From Pseudomonadota bacterium (GTDB lineage: Bacteria > Myxococcota > JACRCW01 > JAFGSX01): a stretch of DNA of 64,000 nt. A model generated the notes under the pieces. The model was not told the origin of the DNA, did not search any database, and saw only the letters and a list, made by a program, of their open reading frames with translations. A program made the position numbers and the translations under genes. Shown here piece after piece: positions 19,105-28,115 of this stretch; position 1 is the stretch's first letter, and every line of letters starts with the position of its first letter. The DNA lies in the NCBI GenBank assembly GCA_043821645.1, contig JBDRCO010000111.1:1-64000 (forward strand), read 5' to 3'.

Positions 19105-19447
19105 CCCGGGACAACAGCGAACCTTGCAGCTTCGCGCGTTCACCTGCCGCAGGCGCGTGCAACGCAAACACGATAACCCCCGTCGTGGTGCAAGGAAAGC
19201 TGGTTGCAGGCAGAGGGGTCCACAGACCAGGATCGGCGACACGAGAGGATGCGCGCAGCAGGGAGTCCGGGCGCACCTGCCGGGGCCACCGAACGACGCT
19301 GCGGCGACCCAGCGAGCTGTGTGCACGGGTCCCCTGTCGTGCTACAAGTTTGTGCCAAGCAGGAGAGTCGTGGTCATGCGCCGCGCGGTGTCACATCTGG
19401 CAGTTCTTCGCCCCATTCCCGCGAGCGGGTGCCCTTGTCCGTGGGTG

Positions 19448-20734
19448 ATGACGGGGCTGGTTCTGTTCCTCTTTGCCTCGCGTCCTGCGGCAGCGTCGAG
19501 CGGCGTCCTGTGGATGGACGAGCCCCTCGCCATCGGAGCCGATGTGGATCCCGCGCAGCTGCGCATCCTTGGCAATGCTGTCGAGCAGCAGATCCAGGTC
19601 GCGACGGGCCGGGCACCTGGACGGGGTGATCGTGCACCGAGTGCCGCCGTGGAGACCGACCGCGGAGGCTCGCGGCAACTGCTGCGGGCCCGCGAACTGC
19701 TTCAGCGCGGCGAGGACCTCTACGTGGCTTTTGACTACGGACCGGCCGCGGCTGCCCTGGCGGAGTCCGCGGGCCTGTTCGCGTCGTCGCTCTCCGAGCT
19801 GGATGCCGAGGACGTGCAGAGGCTCTACCAGGCGCGGGTGCTCGAGGGTCTGGCCTGGTTCGATGCTGGCAGACCTGAGGCCGCGAAGGAAGCCTTTGCC
19901 AAGCTGGCCACCATCCGGCCTGACTACCAGCCCGAGGCTGCATCGATGCCCCCTGCCGCTCAGGGCCTGTATCAGCAGGCGGTGCGCGAGGTCCTGGCAG
20001 CGGGGACAGGTTCGCTGCAGGTTGCTTCGGAACCTCGTGGCGCCGAAGCTCTCGTCGACGGCGTGGTACGAGGTCGCACGCCTCTGACCGTCGAGGGCCT
20101 GCCTCTGGGGACGCATCGTCTCACCCTCGTGCTCCCAGGTTACCAGAGGGAACGGGCGGAGCTGGATGTCACGAGGCGGGACCCAACGGTTCACAAGGTT
20201 CAGCTCACGCCTCTGCCGATGCGGTTGTTGCTGGAACGCGTGCGCCAGGGCGCAGTGCGCGGGCAGAGTGCCGAAGAACTCGGACCGGACCTTACCGATT
20301 TGCTCCGCGAGACGCATTCGGACGCCTTGTTGATACTGGGAGTCTCGGCCACCGCCTCCGGCGACCGCTTGCTGGTGACGGGACGGCGCTGGACAGCACA
20401 GGGGAACTCGGCGGCAGCGACGATCGTCGACCGCTCCGAGATCGACCTGGCGGCACGCCAGCTGGTGCCACTGCTGCTGGCCCAGACCTGGCCGGCGAAG
20501 GTCACGGCCGGTGCTTCGCCAGCCCTTGACCTCGACTTCGAGCGCCACCTGCTGGGGACAGGAACCGGGTCCGAACAGGCAAGCGGCGAGAGTTCCTGGC
20601 TGCTGTGGGGAGGACTGGGTGCTGCCGGTGTCGTTGTCACTGCGTTGACCGTGGCCGCGGTGGTGGGCCTGACCTATCTGGCCAGACCGACGGAGACCGA
20701 GCCCGACCGCATCGAGGTCTGGCTCAAGTTCTAA
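19448..20734 (+). CDS. PEGA-domain protein with a TPR-like helical region and C-terminal hydrophobic segment
   Basis: GSLQVASEPRGAEALVDGVVRGRTPL...GTHRLTLVLPGY PEGA motif. Alternative start at 19376. Confidence 0.8.
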   Translation: MTGLVLFLFASRPAAASSGVLWMDEPLAIGADVDPAQLRILGNAVEQQIQVATGRAPGRGDRAPSAAVETDRGGSRQLLRARELLQRGEDLYVAFDYGPAAAALAESAGLFASSLSELDAEDVQRLYQARVLEGLAWFDAGRPEAAKEAFAKLATIRPDYQPEAASMPPAAQGLYQQAVREVLAAGTGSLQVASEPRGAEALVDGVVRGRTPLTVEGLPLGTHRLTLVLPGYQRERAELDVTRRDPTVHKVQLTPLPMRLLLERVRQGAVRGQSAEELGPDLTDLLRETHSDALLILGVSATASGDRLLVTGRRWTAQGNSAAATIVDRSEIDLAARQLVPLLLAQTWPAKVTAGASPALDLDFERHLLGTGTGSEQASGESSWLLWGGLGAAGVVVTALTVAAVVGLTYLARPTETEPDRIEVWLKF

Positions 20735-20743
20735 AGGAGTGCC

Positions 20744-22402
20744 ATGCGGCCGCGCGGGCCCACCCTGCAGCATCGGTCCCTCGCTGCCCTGTGCGGTCTG
20801 ATCGCCGCCCTGTCGTCGAGCGCATGCTGGCCTCCGCGCACGGAGCCAGGCCGGGTGTGCAAGACAGAGCTGCGCATCCGGCTGCCAGTGCCAAGCCCGC
20901 TGTCCAGTGGTAGTGACGGGGCCGATGTGGCGCACATGCGGGTCGAGAATGAACAGGGCTCCGTCGTCGAGCAGAGCACGTTCTTGTACGGCTCCGCATC
21001 GGGGACCGGGGACGTCCGCATGGTCGATCTGCAGGGAGATCCCCCCGAGATTCCGTGGTCCAGCAGCCTGCGGGTCGAGCTGCAACTTTACTCAGCACAG
21101 ACGCGTCGAATCTTCGCCCTTGGTCAGACCTCCGTGTTTTCCTGTGCTGACGAGGCGGTGTCGGCGGTGCCTCTGTACCTGGGTCCTGCCAATGGCCTGG
21201 CCGCAACAGCCGAGTTGCCAGGCCCTCGAACCGGTGCCACCGCCAGCACCCTCCCGGATGGCCGGGTCCTCATCGTCGGAGGCCAGGGTTCCGATGGCCA
21301 GGCCGCTCGTCCGGTTGCCCTGCTCTACGACCATCGCACCGGGACTTATTGCTCTGACTGCGTGACGGGCGCGTTACCGGTGGGGCGTGTGGGGCACACG
21401 GCGACCTCTCTGGTCGATGGGAGCGTGCTGATCCTCGGCGGAAAGGACCCGCAGCAGAGCACCCCCCTGGCGGGAGCCAGCCTGTACGAGCCAGCCACGG
21501 GTCAGTTTCGAAGCCTGATCTCGCCGACGGCACGCCTGCGGCATGTGGCGGTGCAACTCGTCGGAGACGCCATCCCGCTGACCTTTCGAAATCAGGTGCT
21601 CGTCGCTGCAGGATCGGATGCCTCCAGTGTGCTCAGCAGCGCGGAACTCGTCGATGTCACGAGCGACAGAGTGATCACGCTCGCATCCCTGGCGGTACCT
21701 CGCCAGGACGCAGCGATGGCGCTGGCAGCGTCCGGCAAGGTCCTCATTGTCGGTGGCCGGGATGGAAGTGGCGACCCGGTGCCTGCTGTGGACCTGTTCG
21801 ATCCGGACAGTGGTCTGTTCGCGCCACCGGCGCAGGCCTGTCCCCTGCTGGCCGGCGCAAACAGTCTGTGTGCAGCTCGGGCCTCCGCCACCGCGACCGT
21901 GCTCGACGACGGAAACGTCCTCATTGCCGGCGGGGAGGTCCGCGCTCTGGCCGGGACCACGGACGCACCTCCACAGCTGGAGGTCTTCCTGACCGACGTC
22001 GAGAAATCGCTCCCGGCCACCGCCGACGCTGCCTCCCTGGCCGGACGTACCGGGCACACGGCGACGAGGCTCGCGTGCTCCCAGCCGCCATGCCAGATCC
22101 TGCTCGCCGGTGGACAGGACCTGGGAAGCGGACTGCCCCTGGCGCCGGCGCTGTTCACCGTGGCCGCAAGCGCCCCTTTGCCCGGGGATCTGTTCTATCC
22201 CGGGATGCTGGCTTCCTTCACGTCGACGCCGGTGGAGGCCGCCCGCGCGGGTCACGCTGCAACGGTGCTCGATGATGGAGGCATCCTGCTGGTCGGAGGT
22301 GAACAACCAGCCAGTGGAGCCACACTTGGCAACGGGGCCATCTTCACGCCCTGCACGCCCGTGGCGGACGACGCGCGCCTGTGCCCCGCGATCACGCCCT
22401 GA
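20744..22402 (+). CDS. Kelch-repeat lipoprotein
   Basis: SSAC lipobox; repeated R..HTAT.L.DG.VLI.GG blades; AAGGAG RBS. Confidence 0.85.
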   Translation: MRPRGPTLQHRSLAALCGLIAALSSSACWPPRTEPGRVCKTELRIRLPVPSPLSSGSDGADVAHMRVENEQGSVVEQSTFLYGSASGTGDVRMVDLQGDPPEIPWSSSLRVELQLYSAQTRRIFALGQTSVFSCADEAVSAVPLYLGPANGLAATAELPGPRTGATASTLPDGRVLIVGGQGSDGQAARPVALLYDHRTGTYCSDCVTGALPVGRVGHTATSLVDGSVLILGGKDPQQSTPLAGASLYEPATGQFRSLISPTARLRHVAVQLVGDAIPLTFRNQVLVAAGSDASSVLSSAELVDVTSDRVITLASLAVPRQDAAMALAASGKVLIVGGRDGSGDPVPAVDLFDPDSGLFAPPAQACPLLAGANSLCAARASATATVLDDGNVLIAGGEVRALAGTTDAPPQLEVFLTDVEKSLPATADAASLAGRTGHTATRLACSQPPCQILLAGGQDLGSGLPLAPALFTVAASAPLPGDLFYPGMLASFTSTPVEAARAGHAATVLDDGGILLVGGEQPASGATLGNGAIFTPCTPVADDARLCPAITP

Positions 22403-22417
22403 TACATCGTCACGGTC

Positions 22418-24265
22418 TCAGCGCAGTCTGAAGTTGAGCTGGGTGGTGGAGTCCGCCCGGATGACGGCGCTCTGGCGCTGACGAGCACCCGTCGGTGGGT
22501 TGACCGCGTCGATCTGGTGCTGTCCCGGTGGCAGGGGGTGGTGGCGCAGCGGGGAGGTCTTACCTGTCTTCTTGCCATCGATCGAGATCTCACACCACGG
22601 CAGGCACGCCACGTCCAGGAATCCCGTGGCGTGGCGCCCGGCGCCTGGCTTGCCCGAATGTTTTCGGGGTGGGCGCCCGGGGGTGACCGGGGTTGACCTG
22701 GCGGGCGGCACGGCCAGCCGCAGCTCCTGGCCTTGCTGCAGCGCGATCGCCTCGTCAAAGGGCGTCGCGTCGGGGCGCTCGACGGAGAGGCGGACGGGCG
22801 AGTCCGCGGGTAATTGCAGGCTCAGTGTGCCGTCGTCAGCGACGGTGCCGCGCAGGATCCCATCGACGCGTACCGCCACCCCAGGCGTGGCATCTGTCAC
22901 CACGAGGGTGCCAACGCGTGGCATGGACTCCGCCGCGGTGGCCACAGGCCGGTCCTCGACGGCCGCATCGGGCATGGGCCTGACCACCTCCCCGATCTCG
23001 GCCGTCGCCAGTTCCTGGCGCCGCGAGGAGCGCGCCTGCTGCCACGCGAGGTACACCACGCTGCCAACGCCCAGTGTCAGCAGCAGGCTGAGGCCCGCGA
23101 TGAGAAGGATGCTGCGTGAGGTCGGGGCGTTCACCGGGGTCCGGGCTGGCAAGGTCGCGGGATCGGGGCGTGTCAGGCTGCCCGCGGCTAACCGGGGCGA
23201 ACTGGGCGGGGTGAGCAGGGTGTCGGCGTCCGCGATCTCGGTGAACTCGTTGATCGAGCGTTCCAGCTCCTCGCGCCGGGTGGCCGGGCTCACCAGGGTC
23301 CTGGTCTGCTGCCCTTCCTGGACCGGCTCCACCGGCCTGAACAGCAGGCGCAGCAGATGTCCGACCGACGCCGCATATTCGGAGAGATCGCGGCCAGACA
23401 GCAGGGCCTGCAGGGCATCGGCCGCTGCGTCGCAGCTCGAAAAACGCTTGTCGGGATCGCGCTCGAGGCAACGCCGGACGACGGCCGCCACTGCCTGGTG
23501 GACGCCCGCCTTGGCGAGTCGCTCAGCGATGTCTCCGACGTCGGTATTGATCACGGACCGGATCACGTCGATATCGCTGGTGCCCCTGAAGGCCCTGGAG
23601 CCGCAGAGCATCTCGAAGGTGACGATGGCGGCTGCGTACTGGTCGACGCGATTGTCGATCGCGCCGGCATCGAGCTGTTCAGGTGCCATGTAGGCGAGCT
23701 TGCCCTTGACCACTCCGGTCTCAGTGCGATGCAGCTTGTCCGTGGCGTGCACCACACCGAAGTCGGTGAGCTTGACCTCGCCGCCATATGAAATGAGAAG
23801 GTTCTGCGGGCTCACGTCGCGGTGGACGAGACCCATGGGACGGCCCCGGTCGTCCACGGCACGGTGCGCGTGGCCGAGCGCGCGCAACAACTGCACCGCG
23901 ATGAACAGGGCATGTGGCGTGGACAGGCGGCGCTGCAGCTTGAGCAGCCTCGACATCAGCCGGCTCAGGGTCTGGCCGTCCACGAACTCCATGGCGATGA
24001 AGTAGCTGCCCTCGACCTCTCCGCAGTTGAGCACCTGCACGATGTTGGGGTGCACCAGGCGGGCTGCGATGCGCGCCTCGTCGAGTAGCATGGAGACAAA
24101 GGACTCGTCCTCGCTGAACTGCGGCAGGATGCGCTTGATCGCGACCTCTCGACGAAAACCGCCCAGGCCACGGATCTCGGCGCGAAAGATCTCGGCCATG
24201 CCCCCGGCCGCGATCTTTTCGATCAGGATGTATTCCCCGAATGGGGTTGGCTTCGAGAGAGACAT
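22418..24265 (-). CDS. Hanks-type Ser/Thr protein kinase with TM helix and C-terminal PEGA-like domains
   Basis: IAAGGMAEIF, AIKR, HRDVSPQN, DFG, GKLAYMAPEQ; TM ILLIAGLSLLLTLGVG; C-terminal PWCEISIDG...TSPL...GQH. Confidence 0.93.
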   Translation of the reverse strand: MSLSKPTPFGEYILIEKIAAGGMAEIFRAEIRGLGGFRREVAIKRILPQFSEDESFVSMLLDEARIAARLVHPNIVQVLNCGEVEGSYFIAMEFVDGQTLSRLMSRLLKLQRRLSTPHALFIAVQLLRALGHAHRAVDDRGRPMGLVHRDVSPQNLLISYGGEVKLTDFGVVHATDKLHRTETGVVKGKLAYMAPEQLDAGAIDNRVDQYAAAIVTFEMLCGSRAFRGTSDIDVIRSVINTDVGDIAERLAKAGVHQAVAAVVRRCLERDPDKRFSSCDAAADALQALLSGRDLSEYAASVGHLLRLLFRPVEPVQEGQQTRTLVSPATRREELERSINEFTEIADADTLLTPPSSPRLAAGSLTRPDPATLPARTPVNAPTSRSILLIAGLSLLLTLGVGSVVYLAWQQARSSRRQELATAEIGEVVRPMPDAAVEDRPVATAAESMPRVGTLVVTDATPGVAVRVDGILRGTVADDGTLSLQLPADSPVRLSVERPDATPFDEAIALQQGQELRLAVPPARSTPVTPGRPPRKHSGKPGAGRHATGFLDVACLPWCEISIDGKKTGKTSPLRHHPLPPGQHQIDAVNPPTGARQRQSAVIRADSTTQLNFRLR

Positions 24266-24443
24266 GTCCGGCGTGACCACCTGCCTGTCCGTTCACGATA
24301 CCATGTGGTCTACAGCGGGCGATCCGATTCTCGCGGGGCCAAACCTGCGGCATCCCGCGCCTCCGCCTCGCACCAGCCAGCCGCTTGCGATATCCTCCAG
24401 CCGGCGCTGCCTGCATGGCTGGCAGCCCCCTGTGGGTCGTGTC

Positions 24444-27400
24444 ATGAGAATGGTTCCACGCCTCGTCGCCCGTGCCTGGCCAGAGCTGATGGCCATGCTT
24501 CTCCTGATCGGCTGTCCGTCACCACCCCAGTTTGCGGATTGTGTGACCCGCGGCGAATGCGAGTGCCGTGGACCCGGCGACTGTCCCGATGGCAAGAGCT
24601 GCGTCAACGGGCACTGCGCCCACCTCCCGGATGCCAGCCAGGTCTTCCTGGCCTTTGGCGAGCGCTGCCTGCATGACGATCAGTGCGAGTCCCAGCGCTG
24701 CATCCCCGCGGGCTCTGGCATGTGGAACCTGTGCACCCGACCCTGTGCCACGGACGAACCCTGCCCCTCGACCTGGGACTGCAAGCTGCGCCCGGGCGAG
24801 CCCGATGAGTGGCTGTGTGCGGAGCATCTGGACAGGCTGTGCCAGGGCTGCACGGTGGACGAGCACTGCCACCCGGCCTTTGGCGATCGCTGCCTCACCC
24901 TCGACGACGGTACGCGCGCCTGCGGCCTGGACTGCAGCGTCGAGCCCTGCCCGCGGGGCACGCGGTGCCAGGTCCTGGCAGGGGGGCCCGCGCAATGTGT
25001 GCCGGAGAGCGGTGCCTGCGCCTGCGACGAGCAGAACCTGGGTCTGGTGGTTGGCTGCAGCCGCGACAATATCTTCGGGAGTTGCCGGGGCACGCGCAGC
25101 TGCGAGGCGGGTGGCATGTTCACGGACTGCAGCGCGGCCGAGGCCATGGCCGAGCTGTGCAATGGGATAGACGACGATTGTGACGCGCTGGTCGACGCCG
25201 ACGACGATTCCGTGGATATCGGCAGCCTGCCCCTGGATCCACCCTACCCGTTCTGCCAGCGCGGCAACGCGCCCTCGTGCCGTGGCCGCTGGAGCTGTCA
25301 GCTGGACGTGGGTGAGCAGTACGGCTGGGTCTGTGACGCCGTGCAACCTGTCGACGAGATCTGCGACGGCCTCGACAACGACTGTGATGGCAGCAGCGAC
25401 GAGGACTACCTCGACACCCAGGGCCGCTACCTGCACCCGTCGCATTGCGGCGGCTGCGGTCGCGATTGCAGCGCGCTCATCGAGGGTCTGGCACACGATG
25501 CCAGTGGTCAGGTCGCTCCCGACGCCGCGCGCTGTGAGCTGGTCGACGGAGAACCCACCTGCATCCCGCAGCACTGCGCCCCGGGCTTCGCCCCTTATCC
25601 CGAGATCGCACCCATCACCTGCTTGGCCCTGGTCAGCCCACAGTGCCGCCCCTGCACCGATGCCGGGGATTGCGTGCTGTCCTGGGACCGCTGCTTGCCT
25701 GTCGGACTCGATCCCCACCTGTCCTGTCTGCAGGGCTGTGGCGCCGGCTCTCCCTATGGCACCTGCGATGGCCAGACCGGCACCCGGGGCTGCTGTCCAC
25801 CAGGGCACCTGTGCCAGGACGTCGAAGGCATGGCGCTGTGCGTTCCTGCGGCCGATTCCTGCGACTGTGACATCGACAGCATTGGTCTGAGCAGGGCCTG
25901 CTTCGTGCCGGGGTCCGGAGATACCGTGTGCGTGGGTGCCCAGCTGTGCCAGGCCGATGCGGCACTGGGGGCCACCTGGACCGTCTGCGACGCCTCGGCC
26001 ACCTCGGTGGAGGTCTGCGATGGGGTGGACAACGACTGCAATGGGACCATCGACGATCCCTTCATCGACACCCGGGGCTCCGGTACCTACGACACCGACG
26101 AGCACTGCGGCGCCTGCAACATCAATTGCCCGTCGCTGTGGAACCCCGAGATCCAGCATGCCGTCGGTGGTTGCCGTCTGGCACCGCGCACCAGTGCGCC
26201 GCGCTGCGAGATCGTGGCCTGCACCGACGACAGCGCCCCTGGTCAGGGTCTGTGCCGGGCGGACAGCGACTGCGCCCCGGGCTACACCTGCGATCCGCGC
26301 TTCTTCGTGTGCACGCGAGCCTGCCAGGTGGACGGCGACTGCGTGGGTGGCCGCTGCGTCGACAACCTGTGTGGACCAAGCTGTGCCACCGCGGCCGACT
26401 GCAGTGCCTTTGGTCCCGTGTCCTCCTGCGTGTCGAGCGTGTGCCAGGTGCGGCTGCGCTACAACAACGTGGACGACGTCGACAGCAATGGCTGCGAGTG
26501 TGCGGCGCCGCGCGTGGCGCAGATCGACAGCCCCGAGATCTTTGAAACATACCCGGATCCGGGTGTGGCTTACGTGGATCGCGATTGCGACGGCGTCGAC
26601 GGGCGTGCGAGCGCGGCCCTCTTCGTGTGGTCGGGGAGCGGCGACAGCCGAGGCACCCGGATCGCACCCTACCGCACGGTGGGCGAGGCCATGGCGGCCT
26701 ACGATCCGACACGTCACTCGCAGATCCTGGTCGCGGCCGGGGAGTACAACGAGCGCGTCGACCTGCGTGTGGGTCTGCGGCTCTATGGCGGCTACAGCCC
26801 GGACTTCGCTCACCGTGACGTGGTGCTGTATCCGAGCATCCTGAGTGCCCCCGAGCCCTCGGGAACCATGGCCCCGGGAGTGGTCAACGCCGTGGGTATT
26901 CAGAGCGGCGAGACCGTGCTGGCCGGCTTCGTGATCTACGGTTACGACGTGAACGGCCGCGCTGCCGCTGGCGCCCGGGGAGCGAGTTCCTACGCGGTGT
27001 ACCTGAGCAACAGTTCCGCCGCCGTGACCCTCGCGAACAACGTCATCCTGGCCGGCCGCGGCGGTAACGGTGGCAACGGCGGACCGGGATCGCCAGGAGT
27101 GGCGGGAGCCCGCGGGGGCGACGGCCGGAACTCGGTGGAATGCCACACGCCGCGCTGCCGCAACGAGTCGCAGCAAGGTGGAAATGCTGGCGCCAACAAC
27201 GGCTGCACCGATGCTGCAGGCCGGGGCGGGGCACCGGCTTCGGGCGACGCGGATCCCCAGCAGTACAGCTCGACCAGCAATGGCGACGGGCTCGGTGGCG
27301 GCAACGGCGCGTACTCGTCGCAGTTCAACCCTGAATGGCGGGACCTGTGCAAGTACGACTGCACGGTGGCCGAGGACATGAACGGTGACGACGCGCAATC

Positions 27401-28115
27401 AGGCACCGGTGGCACGGCGGGTGGCGGTGGCGCCGGTTGCATCCAGCTCCAGGGAGCCGTGGTCGGGGGCCGCTGGCAGGCAGCGAATCCGACGACGGGC
27501 ACGCGGGGCAACAACGGTCGTGGTGGAGGCGGCGGTGGCGCGGGTGGCTGTGTGATCAACGAGAACCCGGCCTCGTGCACGGTGGGCAACCGCGTCGGCG
27601 ACCTCGGGGCCACGGGTGGTGGCGGTGGCGCCGGTGGCTGCGGAGGAAGCGGTGGTCAGGCCGCGGGCGCCGGGGGTGGTTCCTTCGCCATCTTCATCGG
27701 CAACACCGCGACCCTGGCCAGTTTCCCCGTGATCCAGGGCAACGTGATCTACCGCGGCGAGGGCGGTGCTGGTGGTCACGGTGGCGACGGTGGCCACGGC
27801 GGGCTTGGCGGTGTCGGCGGTTCGGGCGGTGTCCCTGTCAACCCGGCCTGGTGCGCGGGTTTCGGCGGCAAGGGCGGCCGCGGTGGCGACGGCGGCAGCG
27901 GCGGCGGCGGCGGCGGTGCCTGCGGTGGTGTGAGCTACGGTGTGGCAGGGAACATCAGTGCCATCGCCAGCTACCGCGCGGGCAACAGCTTCGTCGCGGA
28001 CGCGGCGCCGAGCAGTGGTGGTCCACCAGGCCACGGTGGGACCTCACCAGCGGGCCCGGCACAGGCCGGGAGCGATGGCAGCGCAGGCGCATGGGGGGAT
28101 GTCCATGCGTACTGA
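24444..28115 (+). CDS. Giant Cys-rich lipoprotein: putative metal-binding (MopE-related) repeats, DUF1565-like beta-helix, PGRS-like Gly-rich C-terminus
   Basis: LLLIGC lipobox; E.C.G.D.DC repeats; HCG.C motifs; ALFV..SG....GT..APYRTV; GGxGG runs. Start revised from 24027. Confidence 0.85.
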   Translation: MRMVPRLVARAWPELMAMLLLIGCPSPPQFADCVTRGECECRGPGDCPDGKSCVNGHCAHLPDASQVFLAFGERCLHDDQCESQRCIPAGSGMWNLCTRPCATDEPCPSTWDCKLRPGEPDEWLCAEHLDRLCQGCTVDEHCHPAFGDRCLTLDDGTRACGLDCSVEPCPRGTRCQVLAGGPAQCVPESGACACDEQNLGLVVGCSRDNIFGSCRGTRSCEAGGMFTDCSAAEAMAELCNGIDDDCDALVDADDDSVDIGSLPLDPPYPFCQRGNAPSCRGRWSCQLDVGEQYGWVCDAVQPVDEICDGLDNDCDGSSDEDYLDTQGRYLHPSHCGGCGRDCSALIEGLAHDASGQVAPDAARCELVDGEPTCIPQHCAPGFAPYPEIAPITCLALVSPQCRPCTDAGDCVLSWDRCLPVGLDPHLSCLQGCGAGSPYGTCDGQTGTRGCCPPGHLCQDVEGMALCVPAADSCDCDIDSIGLSRACFVPGSGDTVCVGAQLCQADAALGATWTVCDASATSVEVCDGVDNDCNGTIDDPFIDTRGSGTYDTDEHCGACNINCPSLWNPEIQHAVGGCRLAPRTSAPRCEIVACTDDSAPGQGLCRADSDCAPGYTCDPRFFVCTRACQVDGDCVGGRCVDNLCGPSCATAADCSAFGPVSSCVSSVCQVRLRYNNVDDVDSNGCECAAPRVAQIDSPEIFETYPDPGVAYVDRDCDGVDGRASAALFVWSGSGDSRGTRIAPYRTVGEAMAAYDPTRHSQILVAAGEYNERVDLRVGLRLYGGYSPDFAHRDVVLYPSILSAPEPSGTMAPGVVNAVGIQSGETVLAGFVIYGYDVNGRAAAGARGASSYAVYLSNSSAAVTLANNVILAGRGGNGGNGGPGSPGVAGARGGDGRNSVECHTPRCRNESQQGGNAGANNGCTDAAGRGGAPASGDADPQQYSSTSNGDGLGGGNGAYSSQFNPEWRDLCKYDCTVAEDMNGDDAQSGTGGTAGGGGAGCIQLQGAVVGGRWQAANPTTGTRGNNGRGGGGGGAGGCVINENPASCTVGNRVGDLGATGGGGGAGGCGGSGGQAAGAGGGSFAIFIGNTATLASFPVIQGNVIYRGEGGAGGHGGDGGHGGLGGVGGSGGVPVNPAWCAGFGGKGGRGGDGGSGGGGGGACGGVSYGVAGNISAIASYRAGNSFVADAAPSSGGPPGHGGTSPAGPAQAGSDGSAGAWGDVHAY

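Noticed and set aside
19340-19360. Sigma54 promoter on the minus strand (TTGGCACAAACTTGTAGC)
   Set aside because: It does not fit GG-N10-GC spacing.
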